A DNA stretch of 64,000 bases from positions 11,086,831 through 11,150,830 of the forward strand of contig NC_057751.1 of assembly GCF_004010195.1 (NCBI RefSeq). Direction: 5' to 3'. The stretch is from Chiloscyllium plagiosum (Eukaryota). The translations under genes were made by a program, and so were the position numbers. Each line of letters begins with the position of its first letter. Position 1 is the stretch's first letter. Shown piece after piece: positions 37,010 through 50,647 of this stretch. A model generated the notes under the pieces. That model was not told the origin of the DNA and did not search any database. It saw nothing but the letters and a program-made list of their open reading frames with translations.

Positions 37010-37260
37010 GTCCAGACTGGGTTGAACAAGGGCAAATTTCACATGACACCAGGTTATCGTCCAACAGGTTTATTTGAAAACACAAGCTTTCGGAGCCTTG
37101 CTCCTTCTTCAGGTGCAAGTGAGAGACACAGAATTTATAAGTAAAAGATCAAAGGGTCACATAACTGATGTGCATGAATTGCACACGCCTAAGATGGCTG
37201 TCCTATCTTTAATCAGTTAGAATGGAGGTGGAGGTTTCAATTGATTAAAATGTAAATTGA
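37010..37260 (-). mobile_element. Penelope-type terminal repeat, family B
   Basis: Shares TTTTCAAATAAACC...TAAC(C/T)TGGTGT with the copy at 2514-2622 and contains an intact hammerhead core. Boundaries approximate. Confidence 0.65.
37081..37116 (-). ncRNA. Minimal hammerhead ribozyme motif, family B
   Basis: Minus strand reads gCAC-CUGAAGA-A-GGAGC(aag)GCUCC-GAAA-GCUU-GUG; stem I CAC/GUG, stem II 5 bp, palindromic stem III AGCU, triplet CUU. Confidence 0.8.
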
Positions 37261-40200
37261 CAGGCAATGTTTTAGGTTCTTCTGAAGGGTCACTGACTCT
37301 GCTTTCTCTCCACAGATGCTGCCAGACCCACTGAGTTTCTCCAGCAATTTCCGTTTTTGTCAGAGGAACAGTGAAGACTTGCTTCAATTGTACAAGAGCT
37401 TGGGTAGACTGCACCAGGCACACTGTGTACCAGTTTCAGTCTCCTTGCCTCAGGAATGATTTTATTGTCATCAAGGGAATGCAACAAAGGTTCACCTGAT
37501 TTGTTCCCAGGATGTCGGATTATCCTATAAAAAAGGGATTGGACCATCAGGGTCTGGAATCTCAGTGTTTCAAAGAATGAGAGGTGATCTCATTGAAACT
37601 GAGAAAATAGTAAAAGGAGAGGCCTGGTAGATGCTTGCTTGCGTTGGCGAGTCTGGACCAGGGGATATAATTTAAATGAAAGGGGGATATCACTTTGGTC
37701 AAAAACGAGAATTTTTTTTTTCAAAAAGCAGGCTGTGCCCTCAATCCAAAAAAGTGACTTCTCGCTGGAACCTTAATAAACCATAACTGCACTTCACTCT
37801 TTATTAAGATGCAGTCTCCGGTCAGTATCGCTCTGTTTAGCTTAATTTGTCACTGATTTCATTTATCTTCTAATGTCTACTGTGTCACTTCTTACAAACG
37901 GTGACTCTGTTACACATGACTGCTACTGATTTCCAGCCCATAATTTGTCAGGGGAAAAACAAGCTAATCAATATTTTACATTAGGAATATCTTTAAGGTT
38001 TGTGTTTGCACTTTGCATTCAGACTAATTACATCCTGCTCAGCCACTACACAATGATCCCATTGATTAGCTCAAGTTTGGCAGCTCTCACCACTCCCTGA
38101 GCCCATCACATCTGTACGAAAGGCAAACACGTTGCCAGAATTTTCATGTGTTCTCTGTTACTCCCGTCCCACCTTTCTTGCCCTCTTGTCTCAACCACAC
38201 TTCCCTCCAAATGAAAGCAGAACTGCAGAACTTGGCTTACTCAGCACAGCCAAGAGGAAGTTGCTGTCAACTGAGACAGTTCAGAGCTAAACATCCCTGA
38301 GCCACTGCTGTTGCCTGAGCAGCCCTTGACAGATTGACTGAGTGCAGTGAGGGAGCTGAACAAGGAGTTCATCACTGATTCACAATTACATTGAGCTAAT
38401 TGCTCTACGTTATGTACTGAGAGGGGACTAAGCCTCAGTAAGATACATGAAATACAGAGAAGGGGACAGCCAATGGGGAATTGGGCAAAGGTGTAAAATT
38501 GCAGAGTTCGGGCAACTTTCAAAGTTAGAAAAAGCATGAACAGGAAGTGGGATACTCAAATGCAGGCCCAGAGAACTGCAGGCTGCAAGTTGCCATTTAC
38601 TAACATGGTTCATGAGCCAACTTTGAACATTATTTCTTGACAGGTTCCATTGTCAAACTAAGTTATTGCAAATCCTTGTCACATGTGCATTAAAAGGAAC
38701 TCCATAATGTTGAACACAACAAATGCTGGAGCTGCAGTCCTGGTGGTGTGGGTGGAGGAGGGGGCAGTTGAGAGTAATTAAATGCTTCCGATAAGCCCTT
38801 CTGGACTCTTTCACCCACAGAAAGCAAGAACAGGCTATTTATCAAAGTCAGATGAGGTCAGTTCACTGAAAGGATAGCATCTGGTTTCTCCGTGTAATGT
38901 AGTTCAGAGGATCCCCAGGGTCCCTGTGTGCCGGCTCGTACCCAAATGTTGATTCTACAATGACATTACAGCTGTGATTAACTATCTTTTGGGTCAAACA
39001 GACTGACAAGTGGGGTCAGCTTGATTGTTCAATGGATGGCACCCAAATGCATGAATAAATACTATTAGTAAATACACAGAGAACAACCAGTGAGTGAGAC
39101 AAATGATGGAAATGTGACAAAAACATTGGATCAAGGTGCCTCACCATGACCCTATATTGAGAGCGGAGTATCTACTCCCTATTTATTGTTGCACTGGTCC
39201 TCAGTACAGAGACCCTGGACACACCGATATTTTTTCCCAAGTCTGGCCTAGCTCCTTCACGCTGTGTTAAGTCGGGATCATTTTCTCAATCAGGAAATGC
39301 TCAGTATCAGGAAATCACCAACAAATTCCAATCACATTTTAATTGCAGCACAGTTGATGAAACCACTTGGATGACATTTTGACAAGTGGATGGTGTGTTC
39401 ATAGGAACGCAGAAACTGCTTCTGTCATCTGTCCAGCTTTTCCTACCGCAGTCACGTCAATTCCATCCAACACCACATCCTCCGTGTCCCAAGATATCAC
39501 AATGAAGGGTACAGCCAAGGTTTAAAAAACATTATCCCAAAATACGATGGAGCTAAGTCCCAAGAGCTCTCTGATGAAAATCATTAAAGTCAACCTACCT
39601 ACCTTTTAACTAGTGATCTGAGCTGCAGCCAAAACCCCTCTAGGTCTCACATCATGGAATTCAGCGCTTACTCTACCAATGCTAGTAGATCCACTGTCCT
39701 CTAGACAAAGAAAAATACAATCAGTAACTTTGAACCAACTCGACAATCACAGGCTGGAGAATGCAGGAGGACATATACATGCTGCATGATTGTGTATGAA
39801 TAGCCTCCTGACTGGCCCTCCAGCCTAAGCTGACTGAAAACTGCATACTCACAATAAGTCTCTCACCTCCTGTTCCTTTGTTCTCCCTCACTTACTTTGG
39901 CTTTTTGTCTAACCATACTTTAATATTAAAATCCTTTTCCGAGATTTCAAATCTTAGCATGGCCTGAACCCTCCGAGATCCCAGCATTCCTGCAGTTTTG
40001 GCTTTGAATTGAACCCCCTGGATTTTCTTCACTACACCGGTAGATGCCACGCTGTCTGCTCCCACGGCCCCTCTGGAACTCACTCTCTCTCTGTCTCTCT
40101 TCTATAACTTTTTTATTTTTCTAACACGCTCCTTACAACCTGTTTCTGACAAAGCCTTCAGTCATCGGCCTGACTATCTCAAAATAGTTTTTGATCTGAA

Positions 40201-41669
40201 CACTTTGCTATAAAACAGCTTGGAATGTGATTATTTAGAAGGCCCAATGTAAATGTAAGTTCACATTGTTTTATGTGTGTGTGTTGATGGGTGTTAAGCA
40301 CCGGTAGTGTTTTTTTCTGTTGCTATTGGATGATCTCATCCACATAATGGTGAGCCTGTGCTGTGATGGATGGTGGTGCTGTGATCTGAACAGAAAAAAC
40401 AAGTTGGAACTAATATCCTGGGTTAATGGTTCATCGCTCAGGCTAAAGACACTACCTCCTCCTCCACCTCTCATTATTGACACAAACACAAAGCTCAGGC
40501 ACAACACACAGCCCATCCATGACTCTGCTTGCCTTGATATTCAACAAATCCTCTTCAGCTTCGTTTTGATTTCTCCCTTGTTTCATTGTTTCCTGGTTAG
40601 GATTCAGTTCACAGACTTGAGTACCTCATTCAGGCTGATGTTCCTGAAGGAGTGCTGCAGTGCCAGAACTCAGATGTTGACTCCCCAACCCATCTTCCCT
40701 CTCATGCACCACACTGGATATCCAGTAAGGGTGGTGCAGCTCTCCCCCAGTGTCCTGACAAAACTTATTCCTCAAGCAACACCAAAGTATGACAATTTCT
40801 CATTCAGTACCTTCTTGCTGTTGTGTGGGGACTTGCTCTGTGTGAGCTGACTGAGGAATAAGCTGTGATCAACACTGCGTTTATCATTTCCCCACATCCT
40901 AGCCCAGCCTAGATCTCTGCTTACAGGCGACAGAGTGTGTGTCCCCCACCAGCAGGATATTAAGAAACAAAAGCCAGACAGTCCCTTGAGCTTACTTCAC
41001 CATTCCTGTAAGACACTGTCAATTGTATAACGCCTGGAGGAAGATATTGACTAAAGGGCAAATACATGTGGAAATAGTGAGCTGATAAACAACAGTGATC
41101 ATGAGAGATCACAGAGGGTAGAGACTGAACACAGATGGTCCTGTCTACAGCCTTACATTGAGGTAAGGGTGGAAGACTGCAACCAAGTCATGATGCTCAT
41201 TTGAAGGGCTGATGGGCTGAATGGTCCTTTTCTGCTCAGTGACAATTCCGTGATTCTGTGAAGGGCGTTAATAGTTAACAGAATGTTAAATGAAAAGGTC
41301 AGTTTGATTCGCAATGTCTCTTGCCTGGTGTCCCCTGAACCACCATCGCCCTAACATTGTCCCAGCTGATTTCAGGAGAGGTGGACTGGGCCCTGGTTAA
41401 TCATCGGCTACAGAGGTTCAAACCACACTGGGCAGTGAAGGCAGGGGGACATGGAGGCAAACAGCCAGATTCATGGTAGAGCATGTCCGACTGAAAACAA
41501 TTCCGATGCCCTCCGTGAGATGCCTACAAATCTGTGAGTGAGCCTGTACATGTGGTGCTCACTGTCAGCCACCCGGAGGTGCTGACTCCACATGTAACCT
41601 GTGCAGGAGTCAGTCCCTGATTGACGTTCAGGGCAGAGAACAGCATCTCTTTTTATCTCGGTCCCACTG

Positions 41670-41740
41670 ACAAAGAGACACAGAGAGAGAGAGAGAACTG
41701 GGGGAGAGGGAGAGTGAGTGGAGGGAAGAGAGAGAGAGAC
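41670..41740. repeat. (GA)n-rich microsatellite (others: CT/CA 42374-42401, GA 52943-52987, TG 54563-54590, GTT 63854-63875)
   Basis: Direct inspection of the sequence. Confidence 0.9.
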
Positions 41741-43544
41741 ACTTCAATAGTCCAATGGCCTTTCCTACCTTGGCTAAAAACATCACACACACACATACCC
41801 TGCAAGGACACTGCAATCCCAGTCACTGAGGCTGCAACAGCAAAGCCACACCAGTGGGAAACACTGACTTCCTTTGACTGATTGTCCTGGGGGAAATGAG
41901 CAGGAGGCTGCAGGACAGCAAGCTGCTGAGCTGTGGCCTGGAGGTGGCTGAGCTGTTAGCACTCCTTCTGCACAGCCTCGACCAGGTGAAGATAAGCAGC
42001 AATTCCCAGCTGATGTCCAACTGACCTCCCCTGATCTTCTTGGAAGAGTTCCTTGGGATCTTTCTCTTCCACTTTGAGAGGGGAGCTCAGCCCTGGGTTT
42101 AACCCTGACAGACTCCCTCAATACTGGGCTAGAACATCAGTCCAATGCATTTGGGGAGGTGGTGGGGGGAGGGTTGGGGGTTGCTTGAACCTGTGACAGA
42201 GCCTCTCAATGACAGAGAAGATGGTTACTCAGCTTCTCATCTGTCATCATTGGTGACACAAAACACTGGTAACCTCTTGTCTTGCGATTTCTCTCTCTGA
42301 AAAGATCTCCATTTATTTCCATCTCCCCGTGCCCCCCTTCTCCATTCAGTCCATCAAATCCGTACTGTCCCGCCCTCTCTCTCTCTCTCTCACACACACA
42401 CAAAGAGCTATTTGCTCCATGCCATCCCTCTATTCTTTCACCATCTCCTTTCCAGCTGACAGAATTACACGGTGACACTTGCATAGTCACACAGCTAACA
42501 ACACTGAAAGACGTAACTTTGTCCTGGACTGCCTCTTTCCAAAAGGTGATGTTCCTTTAAACAGTCAGAAGTGAAACAGAGCAGCATTGCATGAGAAACT
42601 GTTTCAAGACCAGTTTGCAAGTCTCTGAGACCTCATCCTGCTGTGAAAGTCACAGGATTCATTTCTGCCAAGGTCAAAGAGCCACGTGGAGTTACAGCAG
42701 AGAGAAAAGCAAAGGTACCAGAGCCATCCATTAACTCCAGCACTCCAACATTACTAACTGAAATAAATGTCCTCTGGGAGAAATACGGTTTCCATTCATT
42801 TATCAGGTGTCAAGCGAATTTGTTTGCGAGTGTTTCAGATTGACACTTCTCCCACTTATGCAGAATGTCGAACATCAGTTTATGAAGTAATGATGTAAAT
42901 ATGGTTTGTGTTGCCATCAAAGCTTTCTGTGGCAATACATCACCAGGCCCCAGTTAAAATTCATCACATCAAACCTGCAGGCACTGGAAATCCATCTTCC
43001 ACTCTTGGTCAGCAGAACACAGTCTGCCTGGAGGTCACAGAGGAGCGTAAGGGTGGCCTCTTGATCAGTGTGGCAACTCACACCCTGGGTGTGTCACAGG
43101 CTCATGTTCCTGCTCCTGGCCAAGACTATGCACCCCTGTCAACCCCCTTACACAGGGTTTCAACATTACCTCCCACAGCACAGCGGACCCATCCCCAGTA
43201 AGAATCAAGGCGGCAAAAAGATAATTCTTCCTTTACTTGAAGGGAAGAAAGGGTGGCTTCTGGGTGGGTTTAATTGGATAACTTCTAACAGCCAGAGAGA
43301 CTCACAGAGGCAGTCCAGGACAAAGTTCTGGTACAATGGCCCCCTTCTGTACTATATCACTCTGTGACAACTGATCTAACTGCTTCTCCAAGAAGACATT
43401 TTCTGATAGGAACTGAGCACCAATGTTCAGAATGGGTGCCTTTAGTTGGACTCAGATTGGTCTAACACAAGGTTTAAACACACAGATTGTACATAGGTCA
43501 TAAAGCAGGGATACTTTACAAACAAGAAGGAAAATTACATTTTC

Positions 43545-43891
43545 CATAGAAATCCTACAGTGTGAATACAGGCCACTCACCCAACAAGTCCACACCGACA
43601 CTCCAAAGAGTAAACCATCCAGACCCATTCGCCTACCCTATTATTCGACATTTACCGCTGACTAATGCACCTAACCTACACATCCCAAAACACTGTGGAC
43701 AATTTAGCATGACCAATTCACTTAACCTGCACATCTTCAGATTGTGGGAGGAAACCGGAGCATCCAGAGGAAACTCACGCAGACATGGAGAGAATGTGCA
43801 AATTCCACACAGACGGTCACCCGATGCTGGAATTGAACCCAGGTCCCTGGCGCTGTGAGGCAGCAGTGCTAACCACTCAGCCACCATGCCA
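43545..43891 (-). mobile_element. Older V-SINE (partial copies at 360-550 + and 55174-55380 -)
   Basis: A/B boxes and V-domain similar to the 30386 copy. Confidence 0.85.
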
Positions 43892-44242
43892 CTCATTTAA
43901 ACTAGAAAAGCAGAGAATGAAATGGTATGGAGCTAAACCTGCAGTTTTCATGAGCTTCAGCCAAATACAGATTCCCCATCTGACCGACACAGTTCTTTGT
44001 CTGACTCTCCTTGTCTCCACAGGCTTCTTCCTGACAAAGCTCCCCTTGACTCCTGACTGCTCAACTTCCCCTGCTCAGTGTCCTCCTGCACCATCACCAC
44101 CTGCTGGAGGCCCCATGATACACACTCGTGTCAAAGAAAATAAAACTCACTGGAAAGCAGTCTGAGGAGATGTTCATACCCAGTTGCCAAGTAATCTCTC
44201 CAGTCCATTTTCAAAGAACTCCTTGGACATTCACACTCATTG

Positions 44243-44502
44243 GATAAGGTTTGCTAGCTGAGCTGCAAGGTTCATTTTCAGACATTTCATCACCATACTA
44301 ATTACCATCATCTGGTGAAACACTGGTGTTAATGACCCACTTTCTACTTCTGTGTTTAGGTTGTCGTGAGTTGATGACACCATTTCCTGTGGTGATGTCA
44401 GTTCCTGTGTATGGTGATGAAACATCTGAAAATGAACCTTGCAGCTTAGTGAGCAAACTTAGATCCCGAATCTCAACCTGAGCTACAAGTCTTCTCAAAA
44501 CT
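44243..44502. mobile_element. Inverted Penelope terminal-repeat pair, family D
   Basis: TSD CATTC(A/T)CACTCATTG at 44228-44242 and 44503-44517; TATGGTGATGAAA...TCTGAAAATGAACCTTGCAGCT appears in both orientations; the 3' end resembles that of family C. Confidence 0.75.
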
Positions 44503-44734
44503 CATTCTCACTCATTGTAAAAGAGCAGCTTTATGTTGGTGTATAGTTTATATGTGCATTAGCCCTCCATCACTTCAACAAATCGTGGCCTTACTTCCAC
44601 CTCTGATCCCAGGGAATGCCCTGCCAACTTGCTTTGGTGGCAAGCTCTCCACTTCTTCCTTGAAAGGAGGTGTGAACAGTCTCCATCCAGCTGGGCTTGC
44701 CTCATTCCCAATACTTTTCCTTCATGATGAAAGA

Positions 44735-45815
44735 TTGTTTTTTAGACTGGAGACCTAAGACCAGTGGCGTTCCACAGATATCGGTACTGGGTCTACTCTT
44801 GTTTGTCATCTGTATGCACGATTTGATGAGAAAAAGGAGGCATGGTTAATAAGCTTGTGGATGGCACCAAATTGGTGGTGTAGTGGACAGTGAAGGAGGT
44901 TGATCAATTGGGTTAATGGGCTGAGGAGTAGCAGATGGAGTTTACATTTGGATTAATGCATGCTATTGGAGTTTGGTAAAACAAACAAAGGCAGGCCTTA
45001 AACCATTAATGGTACAGCCCTGGGTAGTATTGTCAAACAGAGAATTTGCATCACAGGTAGACAGGGTGGTTAAGAAGGTGTTTAGCACACTTGCTTTCGT
45101 TGGTCAGACCTTTGAGTACAGGAGTTGGGACACTGTGTTGAGGTTGTACAGGACTCTGGTGAGGCCTCTTATGTGCAATTCTTGTCTCCCTGCTATAGGA
45201 TGGATGTTTTGAAACTTGAAAGGATTCAGAAAAGATTTATTAGGATATTGCCAGGATTTGAGGGTTTGAGCTACAAGGAGTGGTTGAATAGGCTGGGGCT
45301 GTTTTCCCTGGAGCATTAGAGGCTGAGGGGTGACATTATCGAGGTTTATAAAATCATGAGGGGCCTGGATAGGATAAATAGACATGGTGTGGGGGAGTCC
45401 AAAACTAGAGGGCAAAGGTTTAGGGTGAGAGAGGAAAGATTTAGAAGCAACCTAAGCGGCAACGTTTTCACACACAGGGTGGTGTGTTAATGGAATGAGC
45501 TGCCAGAAGAAGTGGAAGAGACTAGTACAATTACAACATTTAAAAAAACATCTGGATGGGTATATGAATAGGAAGGGTTTAGAAGGATATGGGCCAACTG
45601 CTGGCAAATGGAACTAGGTTAGATTAGGATATCTGGTCAGCATGGACGAGTTGGACTGAAGGTATTGTTTCCATGCTGTCCAGTTCTGTGACATGAGGGG
45701 CAACATTTTTACACAGAGTGGTTCATGTGTGGAATGAACTGCCAGAGGAAGTGGAAGATGCAGGTACAGATGCAACATTTAAAAGACATTTGGATAGGTA
45801 CATGAATAGGAAAGG
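44735..45815 (+). mobile_element. CR1 LINE 3' part
   Basis: LYRTLVRP, LERIQKRFIRILPG and LGLFSLE motifs plus a CR1 tail. Confidence 0.88.
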
Positions 45816-45819
45816 GAGT

Positions 45820-47340
45820 TAAGGCAAGGGACGGAAAATTACAGACCGATTAGCCTAACCTCGGCTGTGGGTAAGATCCTGGAATCCATTGTGAAGGATG
45901 GGATTTCTGAATACTTGGAAGTGCATGGTAAAATAGGGCAAAGTCAGCATGGTTTCATCAAGGGGAAGTCATGCCTGATAAATCTACTAGAAATCTTTGA
46001 GGAAGTAACAAGCAGGTTAGACCAAGGCGAGCCAATGGATGTTATCTACCTGGACTTCAAGAAGGTCTTCGACCAGGTGCTGCACAGGAGATTAAGCTAA
46101 GGGCCAATGGGTGTTACAGGCAAGGGGCTAGCATGGACAGATGCTTGGCTGTCTGGCAGAGAGCAGAGAGTGGGGATAAAACTCTCTGGATGGCAGCCGG
46201 TGACAACTGGTGTTCCGTAAGAGACAGTGTTAGGACCACAACTTTTCACATTAGACATTAACAATCTAGGTGAAGGAACTGAGGGCATCCTGGCTAAGAT
46301 TGCAGATGATTCAAAGATAGGTAGAGGGACAGGGAGCACTGAAGAGGTGGGGAGGCTGCAGAAGGATTTCAACAGGTTAGGAGAATGGGCAAAGAAGTGG
46401 CAGATGGAGTACAATGTGGGAAAGTGTAAGCCATGCACCTTGGTAGGAAGAAAAGAGGCATGGTCTATTTCCTAAATGGGGAGAAAATTCAGAAGTCTGA
46501 AGTGCAAAGAGACGAGGAAGTTTTAGTCCAGGATTCTCTTAAGGTAAACTTGTAGGTTGAGTCAGTAGTTAGGAAGGGAAATGCAATGAAGGCATTTATT
46601 TTGAGAGGACTTGAATATGAAAGCAGGGATGTACTTCTGAGGTTCTATAAGGCTCTGGTCAGAACTCACTGGGACCACTGTGTACAGCTTTGGGACCCAT
46701 ATCTCAGCAAGGATGTACTGGCCCTGGAGCATGCTCAGAGATGGTTCACAAAAATGGTCCCAAGAATGAAAACCTTAACATATGAGGATCATTTGAGGAC
46801 TCTGGATCTATACTCAGTGGAGTTTAAAAGGATGAGAGGGGATCTAATTTGAAACTTACAGAATACTGAATGGCCTGGACAGAGTGAATGTTGGGAAGAT
46901 GTTTCCATTGGTAGGAGAGACTAGGTCCCGAGGGCACAGCCTTCGAGTAAAGGGAAGACCTTTTAGAACAGACTTAAGGAGAAACTTCTTCGGCAAGGGA
47001 GTGGTGAATCTATGGACTTTATTGTCACAAAAGGCTGTGGAGGCCAGGTGATTGAGTGTATTGAAGACAGAGGTAGTTAGGTTCCTGATCGTGTAGGGGA
47101 TCAAGGGTTACGGGGAGAAAGCGGGAGAATGAGGTTGAGAACCTTATCAGCCATGATTGAATGGCGGAGCAGACTCGATGGGCTGAATGGCCTAATTTCT
47201 GCTCCTATGTTTTATGGTCTTATGGTTGGGAAGGATATGGGCCAAATGCAGACAGGTGGGACTAGTTTGGTTTGGGAACATGATCAGTGTGGTTTGGTTG
47301 GACCCAAGGGTCTGTTTCCATGCTGTATGACTCTCTCTCA
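45820..47340 (+). mobile_element. CR1 LINE RT fragment
   Basis: SQHGFIKGKSCLINL, DVIYLDFKK, KIADDSKIG and LQKDFNRLGEWAKKWQMEYN motifs; TTATGGTC tail at about 47212-47226. Confidence 0.92.
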
Positions 47341-47399
47341 CTTTTTCCAAGTATAAGATGTCACTACGGTATCTGCATAGGTCTCTCTGATGCCTGTGT

Positions 47400-48665
47400 C
47401 TTTGAGGGCTATGAGCAACATTCCTCCTCTGGCTCCCACCCACAAGTCTTTCCCTGATACACTGAGGATCCATCAGTAACACTCTGACTTTTACCTCCCT
47501 GTTTCTATTTCTGGGGCTAAGCTGGCCATTGTTATCAATTACAAACCCACTGACTCCCACAGTTACCTTGACTATACATCCTCACACCCTGCTTCCTGAA
47601 AAGACTCTATTCCTTTCTCCCAGTTTCCCCAACTCACCTATCCCTCTTGATGCTCCCAACATGTCCCTTTTCCTCAACCCTCAGCCCCTCCTTCCCATGG
47701 TTAACATGGCCCTCAAATGTGTCCAACCCATTTCCTGTACTTCTGCCACCACTCCTCCTCCTCTCTCCCAGACAGTGTTCCCTCTGCCTCTCACTCGTCA
47801 CCAAAACAACCATCCTGTGCTGTTTCCGTAGGATATCACCACCAAACACATCTTTCTCTCCCTCCACTGTCGACATGCTGCAGGGACTGTTTCCACTGCA
47901 ACATCCCAGTCCACTCCCCCATGCTATTTTCCCAAGCAATCTGACAAGCTGTAATACTTGCCCATTGACCTTCTTCCTCCTCACTGTTCAAGGCTCGAAA
48001 CAAACCTTCCAGGTGAAGCAGCATTTTAATTGAACCTCTTTTGATCTAATCTACGATATTCACCACTCACTCACAACGTGGTCTCCGTTAAGTTGGTGGG
48101 ATGAAAAGCACACTGCGGGGGTGACCATTTTGCAGAAAACATCCAACTTGTCTGTAAAAATGGCCCCCACTTTGCAGATGCTTACCATGCCAATAATCCA
48201 TTGTGCATCCAGGCTAACTTTTCCATCTTGGGTCTTCTCGAGTGTTCCATCAGAGCCCAAATGCAAGCTGGAGGAACAACAGATTCAGACTCAACATTGA
48301 GTTCAGCAACTTCAAAGCACAACTTTGTCCTCCAGTTTGATCACTATCACCCTCACCACTGCATGTCTCGCTAGCTTTGCTCCCAGCACAGCAGAACCAG
48401 TGTCACTTTATTATTAACACCTATTTTGCATCCCTACCTCTCTTTTACCACCACGAGCACTCCCTTTGTTTTCTTCTGGGCACCCTCATCATCTATTCCA
48501 CTTGGTTCTCCTCTGCCATCTGTCTACAGCAAAAAGAAACCAATGTCCAATTCTTTCAGTTCTGAAGAAGAGTCCAGTCCGATGTTAACTCTGTTTCTCT
48601 GACTGCAGATGCTGTCAGACCTACTGAGTTTCTCCTGCAATTTTCTGTTTTTATTTCAGATCCCA
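47400..48665 (+). mobile_element. Decayed Penelope-like element (RT thumb, GIY-YIG, family E terminus)
   Basis: KPTDSHSYLDYTSSHPAS*KDSIPFSQF at about 47543-47627, FQVKQHF at about 48007, and the terminal repeat GTTCTGAAGAAGAGTC...CAGATGCTGTCAGACCT at about 48560-48660. Confidence 0.8.
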
Positions 48666-50523
48666 AGAAGCTTTGACCTGGAGACGGTCTGTCAGGGAGC
48701 ATCAAAGGCCAAATCCATTCTCATCTCACCTGATACCTCGATGCACTGAGCTTCTGCTGAGAGTGCCTGGGTAATGATCAGAAGGGGATCACACTTCTTG
48801 AATCAGGGATACAGAGATCACTCACCCCAAAAACTGGACAGGTAAAGGTTTTAAAACTCATATCATGCAGCAGACTTCACCTGTTAAAAAAAACTTAATA
48901 AAAAAATCACCATTAAGATTGAAAGAAAATATTACAGGTCAGTGAGGGTTTGAAAACAGTGGAAATATCTCCATCATTGCATCTCCTGAGGGACTCTGCG
49001 ATGAATTTTTACTTTAAGAGGTCAGTTCCAGTATTACCAAACGAAACTGCTCATGCCAAAAACAAAACAAATTCAATATTCTTCACATACATTATCATTT
49101 GCATTGACAAGCACACAGCTTTCAGCTCAAGGAGTCAATCTGAGATAAGAGCCTCTCTCAGTGCTGCAGTTAGTGCTGTCATCATTCATGACACATTGAC
49201 AGAGGGCGTTCAATTCAGCATCAAACCTTCAAGGACTGACAGCCTCTGACTCCCTCATCCTCGCCAGCTCTATCTCAGGCTGTCTGAACTGACAAGCCTT
49301 TCGACATTCAATATGTAAATAACGACGTCAATGGAAGCAAAGGGAGTGAACGTCCTGCCCATCTCTCACTGACACCTTCAGCGTGCAGATAGGCAAAGAG
49401 CTCAAGGGCAGTCAGCTTGTTTGTGGTAAAGGACACCAAGGAGATTTCAGACAGACATGATTGCGCTGGGTTACAGGGTCATGGCTAAAGCACTGCCACT
49501 GGCTTTCATCAAGTGCTTTCCACATCCTCCAATCTCACCAAACCATTCATAGCAATTGAAAGAACTCAACTTTTATTTGAGAAATCATTTCAAGGACCCC
49601 CATGGCCTGTAAATCCAGATGCTGCTTTCGTGAACACCCAGTTCCTCAGCCAGTACTAATGCTGATCGAGGAAACAGTCAGTGTTTGCCAAGGCAATGCC
49701 CCTTCAGACAGTGACAAGATTGTGCATGTGTCCCTCCAGAAACTGCAAACAAGTATTGTAGCGATTGACAGCACCTCCGACAGTTCAACATTCCCTTGGG
49801 CGCTGTACTGAAACAGATTCATTTGCACAGCTCCAGTGTTCCCTCGTCCAGGCGACTGAAGACTGAATCTGACAATGGCCGTGGACTTGGGATCTTTTAC
49901 CAGTTTCTAAGTAGCTCACTTGGAGTATTCCTTCACAATAGGTCACATCAACATGACATTTTACGCGGATTTCCGCTCTAATCTACCAGTTAATATTTCA
50001 CAAGTTTCTGCAGAGATAACAATGAGAGTGACTTAATGGAAAAGATCATTCCTCAAAATTACATCCCTTGGTTACTGAATGACACACAGCAACTGCTAGG
50101 AAATGATGGACTGCCTTCTGCAGACACCTGGTAACTGCAGCTGGAAAAGGTTGTGGAGTTTGACTGGATGCATACGTTCTTCAATTGCTGTGTGTTAGAT
50201 TATTTGATTCTGTTTCCTAGCAATGTTCACTCCAGTGGATAAGCCTCCCAGGATATTAAGCTGTCTTCAGATCGATAAGCTGTAGCTCACAGTGTGGAGC
50301 AGACATTTCTTGGGAATGTGACTGAAACCAGTTCGTCACCCAGAAGCTAGGGTCATCTCTGCACAGTTCTGAAACAGAAAAGACAACAAGACCACTGCCC
50401 AATCTATCGTTACATCTGGATGGAGCACAGAAATAGATCGAAAACACTCAACACTGCATCCACCTACTGATTGAATCACATTATCAGCCTCAACTTTCAG
50501 TAGTTGACTGAATAATCAGCTCA

Positions 50524-50647
50524 GAGAAAGTGAGGACTGCAGATGCTGGAGATCAGAGCTGAAAATGTGTTGCTGGAAATGCGCAGCAGGTCAGGCAGCA
50601 TCCAAGGAGCAGGAGAATCGACGTTTCGGGCATGAGCCCTTCTTCAG
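50524..50647 (-). mobile_element. 124-bp Penelope terminal-repeat insertion with hammerhead motif (family A)
   Basis: 14-bp TSD GAATAATCAGCTCA at 50510-50523 and 50648-50661; minus strand CUGAAGA-A-GGGC(ucau)GCCC-GAAA-CGUCGA. Confidence 0.88.
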
